Shown here: positions 17,965 through 34,179 of the stretch, one piece after another | Position numbering within the stretch: the stretch's first letter is position 1 | Layout: each line of letters opens with the position of its first letter | DNA from: the human T2T-CHM13v2.0 reference genome, Homo sapiens | Assembly: GCF_009914755.1 (NCBI RefSeq) | Contig: NC_060934.1 | Direction: 5' to 3' (one strand) | Length of the DNA: 64,000 bases | The notes under the pieces: generated by a model | Database searches by the model: none | The model's input: only the letters and a program-made list of their open reading frames with translations | Told to the model about the DNA's origin: nothing | Program-made: the position numbers and the translations under genes

Positions 17965-18180
17965 AGAGCATGGCATCTATGAATTTGGCAGAAGTGGACA
18001 TATAGCTTCTGCCAAATGATGAGTTGTAACTTTTAGGCAAATTGCTTGGACTTTCTGAGCTTTTATTTCCTTATCTGTGAAATGGGGTCATAGTATCCAT
18101 CTGACAAGAGATACTGTGCTGATGAGATGAAATACATACACATGGTTTCTGACATATGGCAGGCATCCTATAAATGCATT
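17965..18180 (+). mobile_element. MIR
   Basis: ttaggcaaattgcttggactttctgagcttttatttccttatctgtgaaatgggg core. Confidence 0.65.
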
Positions 18181-19149
18181 TCTCTCATCCTCATCCCTTC
18201 TTCATAAAAAGGGAGTTTGGGAGGCAGAGTCCCCTGGACAACCTCTGGGAATCTGGAGCAGCCAGCACTAACTTGGAGCGAGGAAGCCTGTGCCAAAGCA
18301 TGCGGAATCTCTAGAAACCATGTGGGCTTTTGTTCATCATCATGCCAATAAAACGCCATCGGATATTAAGAGAATTCCTTCTGAGTCTAAGCATTTCTAA
18401 ATACCTTTCCTGAATTGAGAAAGCAAACTGTGTAAAAGCCAAGCGTGAAAAGACTATTCTGTTTGCAAAGGCATTTTTCCCATCCTGCCTGGCTTGTCAC
18501 GTTCTGTGACTGGACTCATGCACCCAGCTGGCAGCTGCACCAGCCAGACCCTGAGGTAACTATAGTTTAGGCCCATTTTTTTTCCTGCTCCAGAGACTAC
18601 AAATTCTATTTCAAGCACACGCATGTACAGAATGCAGATGTGGGGATGAAAATCAGACCATCTTCTGGGAGCGAGGCTGTGATACTTAACTGTAGGGACG
18701 CCATTGGTGGCCTTTCTGCAGTGGCCTCGCCCAGGCATGGCTGGGGCATGGACCTCAAGAGCGGTTTTGGCCTTTTGATGTACCATAGCAATCACATGGG
18801 ACAATCACCACACATCCCACGTGGGGCCAAGACATTGCGTGATCTGTGATCAGACAGGCTTAAAAGGTATTCTCCGCATTCTGAGGAATTTGTAACAGCA
18901 TGGAGATTCTGGAAAACTAGTTCCCTGAAAAAGCTGAGGGTCAACACAGGGATGAGTGGAGAGGGGACATGGAGCCCTTATGCCTGACATGAAGGGACTG
19001 CTCTAGTCAAGGAAACAGCCACTTCAGAATGTGTCTCTACTGTGGATACAAACCAAGGGCGAGGTTACTAGGCTGGTTACATCATCTAGCAAAAGCTCTT
19101 ATAGCTCAGATAGACCCACAAATGAGACATTCCTTTTCAATGACTAATA

Positions 19150-19620
<471 letters not shown>

Positions 19621-19624
19621 TTTG

Positions 19625-20380
19625 GATAGGTATAGACCTAGATTGAAAATATTTCCCTCCAGGTTTTCAAAGGCATTGCTCCATTATCTTTTGGTTTCTG
19701 AAGTTCCTGTTGAGAAAGCTATTGCCTTTCTGATACCTGATCCTTCCTATGTGACTTTTTACCTGTTCTGGGGGCTTTTAGGATTTTCTGTTTTCCCCAT
19801 CTTCTGGAATGTCTCAGTGACAAACCTGTGTGTTGAGTATTTCATAAACTTTTACAATCTGCGATCTCATGTCCTTCAGTTTACAAGGAAAAAAGAACAT
19901 TCTTATAATATTGTTTTGGAAAACTCTGTTTTTTCTGATCTCTTTTACCCAAATCTCCATTACTGGGGATCTGGGTACTCTGACATGATTCTATGTTTCA
20001 TATTGCTCTTCTCTCTTTTCCCATCTCTCAGTCTCTTTTTTTCGGAGGGGAGGTGGCCTCCACTTTCTGAGATTGCGTCAACTTTTTCTTCTTCACTGAA
20101 TTTTAAAATTCTGCTCTCATGGTTCCTAGAGACTGATCTTATCCTCCAAATGCTCCCCCTTTTTCTGGACTGTTTGTTCTCTTCCGAGTTTCTTTTTCCT
20201 GTTTCTTTGGGTGTTTTCATTTGTGTTAGAAGCTTCTATAAAAATGTTTGTGACATCTTGGGAGTCAGTTAATGTAAGAGGGAGGCACGGTTGTAATTTT
20301 GGGAAGTTTTATATGTGGGTCTGGCTGCTTCGCTATGGGGTGACCAGACAGAATCTGAATATGACCCTCAAAAATCTGTT
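19625..20380 (-). mobile_element. Ancient L1M (ORF1-region) remnant
   Basis: aaggcattgctccattatcttttggtttctgaagttcctgttgagaaagct...ctgatacctgatcctt resembles antisense L1ME; T-rich strand. Confidence 0.55.
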
Positions 20381-20385
20381 TGTCA

Positions 20386-20690
20386 GGCCAGACATGGTAG
20401 CTCATGGCTGTCATCCCAGAACTTTGGGAGTCCGAGGTGGTCAGATCACTTGAGCTCAGGAGTTTAAAACCAGCCTAGGCAACATGGCAAAACCCCATCA
20501 CTAAAAAAAATATACAAAAAATTAGCTGGGTGTAGTGGTTCTCTCCTATGGTCCCAGGTACTCAGGGGGCTGAGGTGGGAGGATAGCTTGAATTCATGAG
20601 GTTGGGGCTGCAGTGAGCCCTGATCATGTCACTGCACTCCAGCCTAGGCAACAGAGCAAGGCAAGACTCAGTCTCTCACATACACACAAA
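20386..20690 (+). mobile_element. Alu (AluJ-like)
   Basis: gatcacttgagctcaggagttt, ggctgaggtgggaggatagcttga. Confidence 0.92.
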
Positions 20691-20921
20691 AGTTTGTCTC
20701 TTCTCATGGGTCATTCAGCATTCCTAGAGAGGACCCTCCAGTGTCCTGACTAAGGAGCTGGCCCCTTTGCCAGCATTCGGTCGAGGGCATATCAGCCCCT
20801 TCCCCTATGCTTGGTCAGCCAGAATCCAGTGTGTTTGATGTGGACTCTTCCATCTTCTGTGGATGTGATGGGTGGCTACCTGGCTGGGTGGGGTGGGAAG
20901 AGAGATGGACATTTGCTACAT

Positions 20922-21451
20922 CAGTGGTCCCTAGCCTTTTTGGCACCAAGGACCGGTTTTGTGGAAGACAATTTTTCCATGGACAGGGTTAGGGGGAGAT
21001 GGTTTTGGGATGATTCAAACGCATTACATTTAGCATGCACTTTATTTCTATTATTATTGCATTGCAATATATAATGAAATAATTATACAACGCACCATAA
21101 TGTAGAATCAGTGGAAGCCCTGAGCTTGTTTTCCTGTAACTAGTCAGTCCCATCTGGAGGTGATGAGTGACAGTGACAGATCATCAGGCATGGGATTCTC
21201 TTAAGGCGCATGCAACCTAGATCCCTCACCATGCGCAGTTCACAGTAGGGTTCACGCTCCTATGAGAATCTTATGCTGCTGCTGATCTGACAGGAGGTGG
21301 AGCTCAGACAGTGATTCGAGCAATGGGGAGCAGCTGTAAATACAGATGAAGATTCCCTCGCTCAGCCATGGCTCACTTCCTGCTATGTGGCCCAGTTCCT
21401 AACAAGCCAAGGACTGGTACTGGTTTGTGGCCTGAAGGCTGGGGACCTTTG
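20922..21451 (-). mobile_element. MER1A (hAT-Charlie non-autonomous DNA transposon)
   Basis: TIRs cagtggtccc.../...ggggacctttg, 530 bp, 8 bp TSD tgctacat/tgctacac; internal sequence matches MER1A as I know it. Confidence 0.88.
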
Positions 21452-21866
21452 TGCTACACCATTTTAAAATCAAGTTCAGTCAGGCATCATGCATTCAACT
21501 CACTATGCATTTCTACCTTCAGAAGGGTTGGGAGCCTCATTTCCTGAGTTTCCCTGGCTCTGCCTGTTTTATGTTGAGTTATTCCCTTGAAGGTTTAGGT
21601 ATCAGCTTGCTCTTGTCTACTGTTAGTTCCTCTCTCATTCCCTTACTTCTTTGATGTATGCTTTTGTATCCCTTATTGTCACTTTAATGGAATTTCTGGA
21701 GGAAGCAGAGACAAATGTATTACATGGGCTGCCATATTGAACCGGAATTCATTCTTTTCTCTTTTGAGTCTCCCTTTCCAAAGTTTACTCCAGTGGTAGT
21801 AGTTCACCCCCAGTAGATTCTCACAAAAAGCAAGACTCAAATTCAGTGTCAGGATTGTGGATATCC

Positions 21867-22345
21867 TGTTTCAGTTATCTGTTTCTGAATAACAAATCAC
21901 CCTAAGCATAGTGACTTCACATGACAGTCATTTATTTGCTTATCATTCTGCAATTTGGACAGTGCTTGGAGGGGCCATCTCATTTCTGCTGGCATCAGCT
22001 GGGGTAGCTCACCTGGGGCTGGGGAGACCACTCCCAAGACGGCTCATCCACATAACCTCAGTGGTTCCAGCTGTAAAATGGGCGCTTAGATGGGGTGGTT
22101 CTTCAGCATGTGACCTCCCGTGTGGCTGGGTTGGACTCCTCAGAAGCTGAGTTCTGAAAGGAAACATCCCCAAACCAAGCTCACCAAGAGGACAAACTCC
22201 AGGGTGCAAACACATATCAAGCTTTCCTTTTGCATCACACTTGCTAATATCCCATTGGCCAAAGCAAGTCACACAGCCAAGCCCAGAATCAACGTGGAAC
22301 AGAGCTGCTCTCCACAGATGGGTGAGTGCTAGGAGGCAGGGTGCA
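21867..22345 (-). mobile_element. MLT1-family MaLR LTR (old)
   Basis: cagttatctgtttctgaataacaaatcaccctaa...ccattggccaaagcaagtcacacagccaagcccagaatcaa. Confidence 0.75.
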
Positions 22346-22612
22346 CTGGGGCCCACATACCCCCTGGGAACTCTGGGATCCTGTGCTTTTTCCATTTTAT
22401 TTCTGAAACATTGAGGTGCCAGATTCTAGCACGATATGAACATTCAATAAATATGTATTAGAACCACAGAAATCTTGTTGCATTTCCACTGAAAATGTTT
22501 CTGAATGGACTAGACAGATTTAAGCTATGTAGCTTACCCATGGCTATAATGATTGTGTTCCTAGTTAATGAAAGACATGAAAAAAAATCACTCTATGAGG
22601 TCAGATTTCTAA

Positions 22613-23279
<667 letters not shown>

Positions 23280-23519
23280 CTTGAATTTTTGAAAATTAGG
23301 CTCTTTAACACCTGCTTGGACTTCAAAGAACGAAGGTGAGTACTTACACAATAACCAAACAGTGCATTCCTTGGAAATTCCAAACCTAGATCTCTTGTTA
23401 CATGCTTGCCAAGCTTGTCCTGAACGTTCCTAAGTGCAGCAGGAAAGAAGTGGCTCAGCTTGTGCTGTGTGTCCCCTGAGTCTTGACCTGTGACTAATAA
23501 CTGTTTCCTTTGTGTGCAG

Positions 23520-23718
23520 GGGTTCTCTATCTCCAGTATGGAGATGAAACCAAGCAGCTCAGGATGCCGAATGAAATCACAAGTGCAGACACAATCCGTG
23601 CTCTCTTCGTAAGTGCCTTTCCACAGCAGCTCACCATGAAAATGCTGGAATCGCCCAGTGTCGCCATTTACATCAAAGATGAAAGCAGAAATGTCTATTA
23701 TGAATTAAATGATGTAAG
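23520..23718 (+). CDS. KIAA1217: KIAA1217 internal coding exon (199 nt), AIP3/Bud6-like region shared with SRCIN1
   Basis: Acceptor tttcctttgtgtgcAG (AG 23518-23519), branch-like gactaat upstream, donor AG|GTAAGT (GT 23719-23720). Open frame GVLYLQYG...YELNDV(R). Confidence 0.95.
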
Positions 23719-23754
23719 GTAAGTTGTGACATCATTTTTTGCCTGCCATTTTGC

Positions 23755-23870
23755 CTTAGAGTTTTTTTTGTTTTTTGTTTTTTTGTTTTTGAGGGGTTTT
23801 TTTTTACCCACTATATTGCATTTAGAGTGTTTTTTTGTTTTTTGTTTTTTGTTTTTTGTTTTTTGTTTGG
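23755..23870 (+). repeat. (TTTTTG)n simple repeat, two blocks
   Basis: Two ttagag-led runs of TTTTTG units just downstream of the exon donor. Confidence 0.8.
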
Positions 23871-24525
23871 TCCATCATATCCCTTTCATAGAGTTTATAC
23901 CAAATTCTAATTTCTTTATATCCTAGTGAAGAAAGCAGATTCATTATCCTGATTGGTTGGGCTTATTTCACCCAGTCAGATGATTTCACTATCTGGTTTT
24001 CTACAATTCATTTACAGGGTATAGCTTATAAAAACGAGGACAAATTTCTCCGCCACAGATTTTTGAATGCTACATCTGAAAAGAACATTAGAAATGATTC
24101 AGTCCACCATTTTATCTAAGGGTTAGGGAAACTAAGGCCCAAAAAGGTAGCGGAGAGACCTGATCGAGGTCTTAAGAGTTGTAGGCAGTACTTCATTCAT
24201 ATTGGAACTTTCCCAATTCCCCCTCAAGTGTTCTTTCCTCCATAGAAAGACCCTGTGGACATTTTAGGTAATGATCCCACTGGGTCGTTATTTACACATA
24301 ACAAGTTAGAATAAAAGCAGTGGGCTCTGTATTATTTTCCATAAGAAAAGAGACTGAGAAGCATCTTCACTTTCCATTCATTTCTTAAAGAGTTGTCCTT
24401 TACCCAAAGATCTTACTTTCCAGGTGGCCTTTCCCCAGGGCCCCCAGTTGAATATCCTCCAAAATTAAGCTAAATGGACTCCTGCTATTGATGGGATTGA
24501 GAGTCAGTTAGAAACAAAAGCATCT

Positions 24526-25160
<635 letters not shown>

Positions 25161-26389
25161 CAAAAGCATCTTTATTGTCATTTTGGTGTCATGTATACAG
25201 TAGAAAGAACTCATTTGATCTGTTCCAACCAAACAACCTGGAAAACAGGACTTAGATCAACACAAGCAATCAGTTGCTAGTATGGTCTCTAAACATTTTA
25301 GAACTCCACAGATTATTTAGTGACTAATCCAGCCATTTCATTTTATGGAACCAGAAACTCAGACGCATAAAATTTGAGGGACTTATTCAAAAGCACACAG
25401 CCAGCTAAGTACCAAGCTCTGCCCCAAATATGGCTGTTCACACTTCTTGGTCAAGAACTTTTTGATTTCTTCGAATGTTCCCTCACCAAATCACTGGAGG
25501 CAGAACTTGGGGTTTCTGAGTCCACACCCTGGGGGGAATAGCAAGTTGCCCTGTTTCTTCATCATGGAATTAATGGGTACCACTTTTAAAAAATATGCCT
25601 CTAGTGCATAATAAATGTAAACTGATCTGTATCTACCAATGATCACAAATGACATATTTAGGCATGTGCCCAGGTGTATGAGTAATTTAGAACTTTCAAA
25701 GTTTGACACATGCCTCAAGGTATAGATACTACATCTGTTTCACAACCTTACAGCTTTTTAAAAATGTGTTTAAATATTCATGGGTACCCAAAAATTCATG
25801 TTTGTTTTTAAACTAAATTATTAATCAAGCTGTCACCAAAAGAAATTTTTTGCATTCACAAAGCGTAAACTTGAAACATGAAATAATCACATTATATTTA
25901 AAGACAATGTTTGTAGTAATATAATCCCACATACTGTTTTTACATGGAGCTGCCAGTTACAACAATCATCTTACATTTCTGCCTTTGCAATTAGAGGAAT
26001 TGAAGGACACAGTAATAGCAAGTAAACATGCAACTTAGGGAAGCCACACTTGATTATGGAGCTCAAGGCTGATGAGGTTATTATGAGTAATTGGGCCTCA
26101 CTGTCTTGCAGCCTGTGCAAGGATTTTTATATTACAATGAGTCACCATTTTCTAGAGCTTTTCTCAAGCTTCAAAGTATGGCTACTTTGCCTTCTTTTTT
26201 ACATTGTTTGGGAAAGTCGAGAAGTAGTCACAAAATAAAAGAAATGAGAGGGAGGAAAAAGAAGAAAAGGTCATGATTCTCCTTAATGGAAATCTAGTTG
26301 ATAACATAAATGAAACCATCAGTCAATATGTTGATATTTGTGAAAATGATGATCTTGTTGATCCGTAAGTTGTAGTATGGATAGCCTAA

Positions 26390-26752
<363 letters not shown>

Positions 26753-27001
26753 TAAATTTGTCTGTAATTTTACTTTTCAGTTACTTTGATTTAAATAAAA
26801 AAAAGAACCTAAAAATGTTCAAATGTAGACAATGTTTTATTTGGTGATGACAGTAATGTTTATGCTATGTGAGCACATGCATGTCGCTTCCAAAGAATTA
26901 TTCTATTTCTTGATTTTATGCATTAAATGCCTTGATTATATTTTATTTGAATGGTAGAAGAAATTTTCACCACCAGCATTATATAAGACAAAAAAAAAAA
27001 A

Positions 27002-27323
<322 letters not shown>

Positions 27324-28909
27324 TCATGTAGATTTCAACTGGAGACAGTGACTTTAATCTTCTAAGTTCAGAGACAAATTTCACTGCACTTCCTTCAGTG
27401 TTTCTGAAGCGTGAGCATATTTGCTAAACAGTTGCCTATCTCATCATTGTGTTAGGCTCCTCATATTTTCCTTAGGGAAATGCTATGGAGAGTTCAGGTC
27501 AGAATATTGTGTTGTAAATGTTGCCACAGTAAATGCAACCCCGGCCTTTACTGTTGGTTCATCTCAGATGAATATGTTTCTAAAGTCATGATAAACCAAC
27601 CTCATGCATTTTAAATACCTCCAGAATCACAGTTAGTCTTTTTCATGGCTCCCGTGAGGTTTTCTAGTTTTTCACGTCCTCGCCTGTGACTCCTTCCTCT
27701 GGCCAAATGGGGAGCTCCTTTAGTGAAACCCCACATCCTTACCTCTGTGAGTCTCCCCTTCATATTCACCCAGCCCCCTTTAATAACAGGGCTGCTGGTT
27801 CCCCCTCAAGCCGACTTCTAACAAGCTACTGGAGCAACCGTGCAAGCTTGGGCTAGTCATTGCTTCAAAGCAATTACTGGCGGATATTTAAAGGAGAAAG
27901 AGAAGACTAGTCCAAGAATCCTCCACTTCAGTTAAAACAGAAACACAAGCCAGTAATCCCAGTGATTGGGTCAGCCCACTAAATGAGGCTGCACCTGGAA
28001 GAGAGGAATTCTTCCTCCTGCCCACATTTCTCTGAGCTAGCCCAGCCGGCATTGGAAGGGATCACAGTGTAGACAGAGCCAAAAGGGCCTTGGGTGGCCC
28101 TTCTGCTGATGAAAGCTGAACATGGAGGGAGAGAGACTTCATAGATATTCATGTGCTCTTCGATAATTTTAAGGTAGGCTCTGATCCTGTCTTTTGCTAC
28201 GTTATGACACCTTGGCTCTAAGAGCCGGGTTCAGAGAAAAAAGAAGAATTTATCTGCTGCTATTTCTTCACATCCAGCAATTCGATTTGTATATAGAAAA
28301 ACTAATTTTCTAACCCACTATGGAAGGAAAAAAGGCATGGTAAAGATATTAGATCTTTTTGGTACTGTTTTTTTTTTTTTTTCTGGACTCCAGATACCTT
28401 TTCTTTCAGTTGCCGAAAGTGTTTGAAGGCAAAAAAAAAAAAAAAAAAAGAAAAAGAAAAAAATCTTCTTTCATGTACATTCATTAGATAAGCAGCAAAC
28501 CAGGTGTTTGGGAAAAGTAAACAATTAAATATTTAAATATCAACCAAATCTCTTTGAATGTATTGTAAATATTGGAACTTTATTTTTTTTTTTAAAGCCT
28601 TAGTTTCCATACTCGGAATCTTGAAAGAAAGTTCGTGCCACCCAACATTTATGGGTGGGGAACTATACTGGAGGAATAATACTTTCTTGGGGAACAAGAA
28701 AAGGAGAGAAAAGCTGAAGTCATTTTTCTTCTTCTTTTCCGTATTTATAATTGCCTATTTTATGGTCACATAGCTTTTGACTGGCGTACTGTAGATAGCC
28801 TTTGGATTGTCTGTTCATGTTTTTTACCTGATCTTTAAGGGCAGGCTAAGGAAATGGCCAAAGTCAGGCTTCTTTCATCTGCCATAGTTATCGATGTTTT
28901 TGATTCCAG

Positions 28910-29003
28910 GAACATTCAAGACAGATCACTCCTCAAAGTGTACAACAAGGATCCTGCACATGCGTTTAATCACACACCAAAAACTATGAATGGAGACATG
29001 AGG
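28910..29003 (+). CDS. KIAA1217: KIAA1217 internal coding exon (94 nt)
   Basis: Acceptor tttttgattccAG (28908-28909), donor AGG|GTAAGT (GT 29004-29005). First G completes the AG+G Arg codon of the previous exon. Encodes NIQDRSLLKVYNKDPAHAFNHTPKTMNGDMR. Confidence 0.95.
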
Positions 29004-30002
29004 GTAAGTGTTTCTGTCATATTTTTACTTATCTTCAGTGGGTCAAAGCGTCCCTCCTCTTGCTTGTACTCCTGATGTAATCAGAACTCTACAACTGAGT
29101 TTTGGAGGGTTCTCCGCACTCATCTCACCTAGTGGATCATTATTTGTTCTTGGTAGAGAAGTAAGATTTCCTGGTTATTTAGGGCAAAGGGATTAAAATA
29201 AGGCTGGACACATCCTAATTTATCTTTAAGCAAGGAGTTATGTCCTTACTTTAAATGAATTCTGAAAATCTTCCTATAAAAGGGTCCCTGGTCCACAGTA
29301 TATTAACTGACTCAGAAGATCTCTTGCATTTCTTTCTCCAATTAAAGCAAACCTAACATACAAAAAGGCAAACAGCAAGGTGCACAATTGCATGGAAAAT
29401 CTATTCATACTCTTACATTAGCTCTTCCAAGTTCTAACATTCTAATTCAATTTCTCACCTTCTAATTCAGGAGCTACCCTGGAAGAATTTTGTTGTTGTA
29501 CTGTCTTAAATATTACCATATCCTCTCTGAGCCATGCTGAGGTCATAATACAAAAATCCGCATGATTTGGGAACTAAAATTCTCTAGCTTTAGATTGTCT
29601 CAGGAGATTATCCAAACATTCAAAGCACACAGGGATGTTTTGAAGAAAAAAGAAGGAGAAACTGAAAAAGCAGATTTTAAGATCATATTAATGCAGGTCC
29701 ACTAGAAAGGGATTGAGTTTCTAAAAATAAGGCTACATTCCTCTGTAGCAAAACTGGGAGGTAAAAAGAAGATTAGCTTCTCAGCTGTACACCCCCTACA
29801 CACACACACACACATTTGGAAGACACTGTGCCATTTTTTCTCATCTTTTCTACAGATTAGCACTTGGCTGGATGCTCAAGTTTAGCTAGAAAAATAAATA
29901 AATAAATGATTACCTTTTATTGCCAAAGAAACCCAGGCACTGTTCTGTCTTGGAGCTGCAGTTTTGTTCCTGAGCGAGGCTGTCTCTGCTTCCTGATAGT
30001 AC

Positions 30003-30491
30003 ATATTAGTTTCCTGTTGCTGCTGTAATAAATTAGGACAAATTCAGTGACTTAAAACAACACAGATTTACTCTCTTAAATTTTAGAGTCTGTAGACTGA
30101 AAGTCTCTGGTCTGACATAAGGGGTCACCAGCAGGTATGCATTCTTTTCTGGAGGCCCTAGGGAGAATCTTTTCTTTTTTTTTTTTTTCCCCCAACTTCT
30201 AGAGGTCATCAACATTTCTTGGTTTGCTGTCCTCTTCCTCCATCTTCAAACCCAGCAAGATAGCTTCCCTTTGACCCTGCTTCCATGCTCACATCCCTAA
30301 CCCTCCCATGTCCACTTTTAAGGACACTTTAAGGACATTGAGCCTCCCTGATCCTCCAGAAAAATCTCCCTATTTCAAGGTCAGCTGACTGGCAATCTTG
30401 ACTCCCCCTTTTCCATGTAACCTGATGTAGTCACAGGTTGAGGGGACTAGGATGCAGACATCTTTCAGGGACCAGCATTCTGCTTTCCATA
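30003..30491 (-). mobile_element. MLT1C/D-like MaLR solo LTR
   Basis: tattagtttcctgttgctgctgtaataaat...ttctggaggccctagggagaatc...caaggtcagctgactggcaa...attctgctttccata. Confidence 0.82.
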
Positions 30492-33167
30492 TTGGGTAAG
30501 TTTAGAACCATAAAAGAAGCCAGCAGATCTAGCTGAAAGTGCTGGGAGAAGGTCTGTCCTTCTGGACTGGAATATGAATGACGACATTGTGGGATCAGAG
30601 CCTACACTTCTGGAGGGAAAGGCCTCTCACGTACTCAACTGCTGTTATTTTTGTGTCAGAAATGATGTGTGACTTGAATTGAAAGCTGTGTCGCTACTTC
30701 AGAAATTCTAGGATTTTCAGCCTTATTTTGCCAGTTATACTTTATGTGTAAACCAGAGCCACATGGAGACAGATTGAGTCATGCCAATCGTGAAGCATGG
30801 ACTAAATATTACAGCACCATTTGCCTTTTATTACTCTGTTATTCTCTTTCTTGGAGACATTCATCAATGTCTTCGCTCCTTGAATATCTTTATTTTTTGC
30901 TATGTCTAGCCTTCACCCTGGAGTTCCATGGTGCTGAGAGTTCTGTTCCTATCACATAGAGCCATTTCCACACCGGTGCCCCAGAATCGCCTCTGAGAAT
31001 CTTGTTTGTGGCTGGAAAGACACCTGTTTTAACCCTCCAGCAGCTCTGGTACCTACGTAAGGACCAGCAGTGAGGACTGAGAGTATCGAATATTGACCGT
31101 ATGAACAAAGCTGATCAGGATATGCAGAACATGTGCTGTGGGTTTCTGCAGAGTGGTTCTGTCCTTACTTCAAGATGAAACCCTGCTGATCACTTTTTCT
31201 GGGTTACCCAGAGCCTACTTTAAGCCCTCATTTTGTGTGTGTGAGAAACTCAATCATTGTCCCCAAATGAAGGGACAGTAAATGTTCACCATCTAACCAG
31301 CAGAAAAGCTTTTGTGTTTCAATGCAGATTACTTAGAAATGAGAAATAGAAAGCGGTTTCAAAGCCAGCTAGGTGTGATCATGCCTGCAGTTTGCAACTT
31401 GGTTCCTGTTCACAGATTGCAGACGCTAAAAGGCATGGAATTCAGCTGCCCTCACCTTTTGGCTCTGCAGGTTGGAATTCTTTTTCCTTTCTTGATGAAT
31501 GTGGCTGCATTGCCATTAAAGGGCAGGAAGCTTTGTTGAGCCCTGCCTCTGGAGCCCAGCTGCACAACCCACTGCCCATGGTGGAGAACAGAAACAGAGA
31601 ACAGAGCAAGCATCAATTGTTGTAGACTAAACCACGCTGCAGCGTGGGGTTAGGGAACTCCGTCCTCCCTTATGTTTGCAATGTGAGCGTGGCCATGAAG
31701 GAATTCGATGCTAACTACTCACATGAGTCAGTCACTGCAGTCCTGCCCCTGATGTCATTAGACCTCACTCCCCAGCCTCCAGAGACAGCCTGGCACAGAC
31801 CTCCCAGCTGCCTGCTTATGACCAATAAACATGCATGTCATGAAAAACATCAGTTGGAATAAGCAGAGGGGCAACAAAAGTCACACCAGAACTCCTCAGG
31901 GGCTCCTGAGACTTTCCTTAACCAATGAATGTAATATCTTGCCTTTGAAAGAAAAGAAAATGTAAAACTCTCCATCTAAAACAGTCTTCCCAGAGCGGTT
32001 TTATGATTGGAAATGTGTTACTCAGGAAGCGTGCTAGACTAGGCCTCAGAGTGTGCGTGGAATGCATGCTTGGTGGGGAAAACGTGTACTAAATTTTCAT
32101 CTAGCATCTAGCTGAGCATTTTTGAGGCTAGTCTGTCTAAGGAGACTTGTGGTTCTCGGCTGGAACTCAGCATACCTGGCTCCTGTTTCTCTACCCACCA
32201 CCCTGATCTAATTTAATTGCGTGGCTTTTGTTTCCTTACATCAGATAGGAGCTTTGATAATTCAGTTCCCAAGGGACTGAGCTCACCATATGGAACAGGC
32301 CCTTTTGCAAAATTTATATATGTACTCACAGGGTTTTAAATTCACAAATGTACAACTTGAAGATGGAACCATTCCATTTCATGACTCTCAAAAAGTACAC
32401 GTTTTTCCATACCAGCAGTTTGTTGAAGGAACTGGACAATTCTGCTTTGAGGGTGACTTGCTAGTCACCAAACCTGGTGGCTTTTTCATAGTGTGGGGGC
32501 TTCTCCACCTTCTTGTGTGCTTTAAGACAACTTTCCAAGACTCTCTGCTCTCATCATTTAATACTCTCCCTCTTCTCTGCTTCCTTTAATTTCTCTTGCA
32601 TGTCTTTGATTTTTACTTGTATATAGACAATTACCAGATTGGCCCTACCTCTTAAATTATTCCCCAATACCCAAGGTAACTGCTGCCTCCCACCCCTCTT
32701 CTACTGATCTTTGTATTTGACACCAGTGAATGGTCCCCTTATAAATCATTGGTCTCCATGGCACTTTTGTGTCTAAATACCTTGTCTGCATTCACAGACA
32801 CCTCAGCTTCCTTCATTCCCTAACTCTTCTTCCTCTTGCCTGTGTTTAAGCAGGCTTCTCTAGTTTGGAGTTTATTTGTTTTGTTTTTTTAAATTTACTC
32901 TTTTTTATCTGAACCTTTGCACTTGTGATTTTTATCTTACCACTTGTTTGACTATTACATCAGTGTGGTTGACCCTTGAAGCCATATCCCTAACTCTGCC
33001 ATCTCTAGAATTCAAGACCCAAATGTTCAGCTTCTAAGTGTCTTCATATGGAGATCATTTCCGTGGTTTCCAATGCATTCTGTTGAAGAAAAAATTCCTA
33101 ATCTTTTTTCCACTCAAGTCTTTATCCTTCTTGATTACCTTTTGAAGAATGGAGGGGCTATGATAGG

Positions 33168-33222
33168 GTGTGTGTGTATGTGTGTGCACATGCATGTGTG
33201 CCTGTGTGTGTATGCATGCATA
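33168..33222 (+). repeat. Degenerate (TG)n
   Basis: gtgtgtgtgtatgtgtgtgcacatgcatgtgtgcctgtgtgtgtatgcatgca. Confidence 0.7.
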
Positions 33223-33270
33223 TTTTGGGGAATGTGGGAGGAGGGATGTAAAACATTGAGTTACCAATGA

Positions 33271-33725
<455 letters not shown>

Positions 33726-34179
33726 AGTAATGTTAATTATTTAATCCTCAAGATAAACTTTTGAGCCAGGTCTTGGTATAAGCCCCCCTGTTTACAGATG
33801 ATGAGACAGCTCCTTATGTTAAGAGATTTCCCCAAGGCCACACAGCCAGAGAGTAGCAGAACAGAGATTTAAACCCAGGCACCGTGGCTGCTGAAATTAT
33901 AGCCTTCATTATCTCTCTACTGAATCACCTAACAGTTCTTACTTCCCACATCTCATTCTCCTGTTCTCTTTTTCCAAGTGTCTCAAATTCACTCTCCCTC
34001 TCTACATATCTGCCTTTCAAAATTCTACTCATCTAACATATTCCAGAACAATTGTCTAATTCCTTCAGCAAATTGCAGTCATGAAAAAAAAGTGGGGGAG
34101 GGAGCACAGTTAAGTTTCTCGGGGGTCTTCTGTACCATAATAACAAAATGTGGCCTGTGCACCATCTTCAGATTTTGAG

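Noticed and set aside
19622-20272. 216 aa hydrophobic plus-strand ORF resembling a membrane protein
   Set aside because: TTG start, Phe/Leu/Ser bias explained by the T-rich antisense strand of an ancient L1M remnant; no splice or homology support.
23510-23722. ORF-track boundaries for the exon-containing ORFs (also 28854-29075)
   Set aside because: Their starts and stops are intronic; the true limits are the splice sites given in the features.
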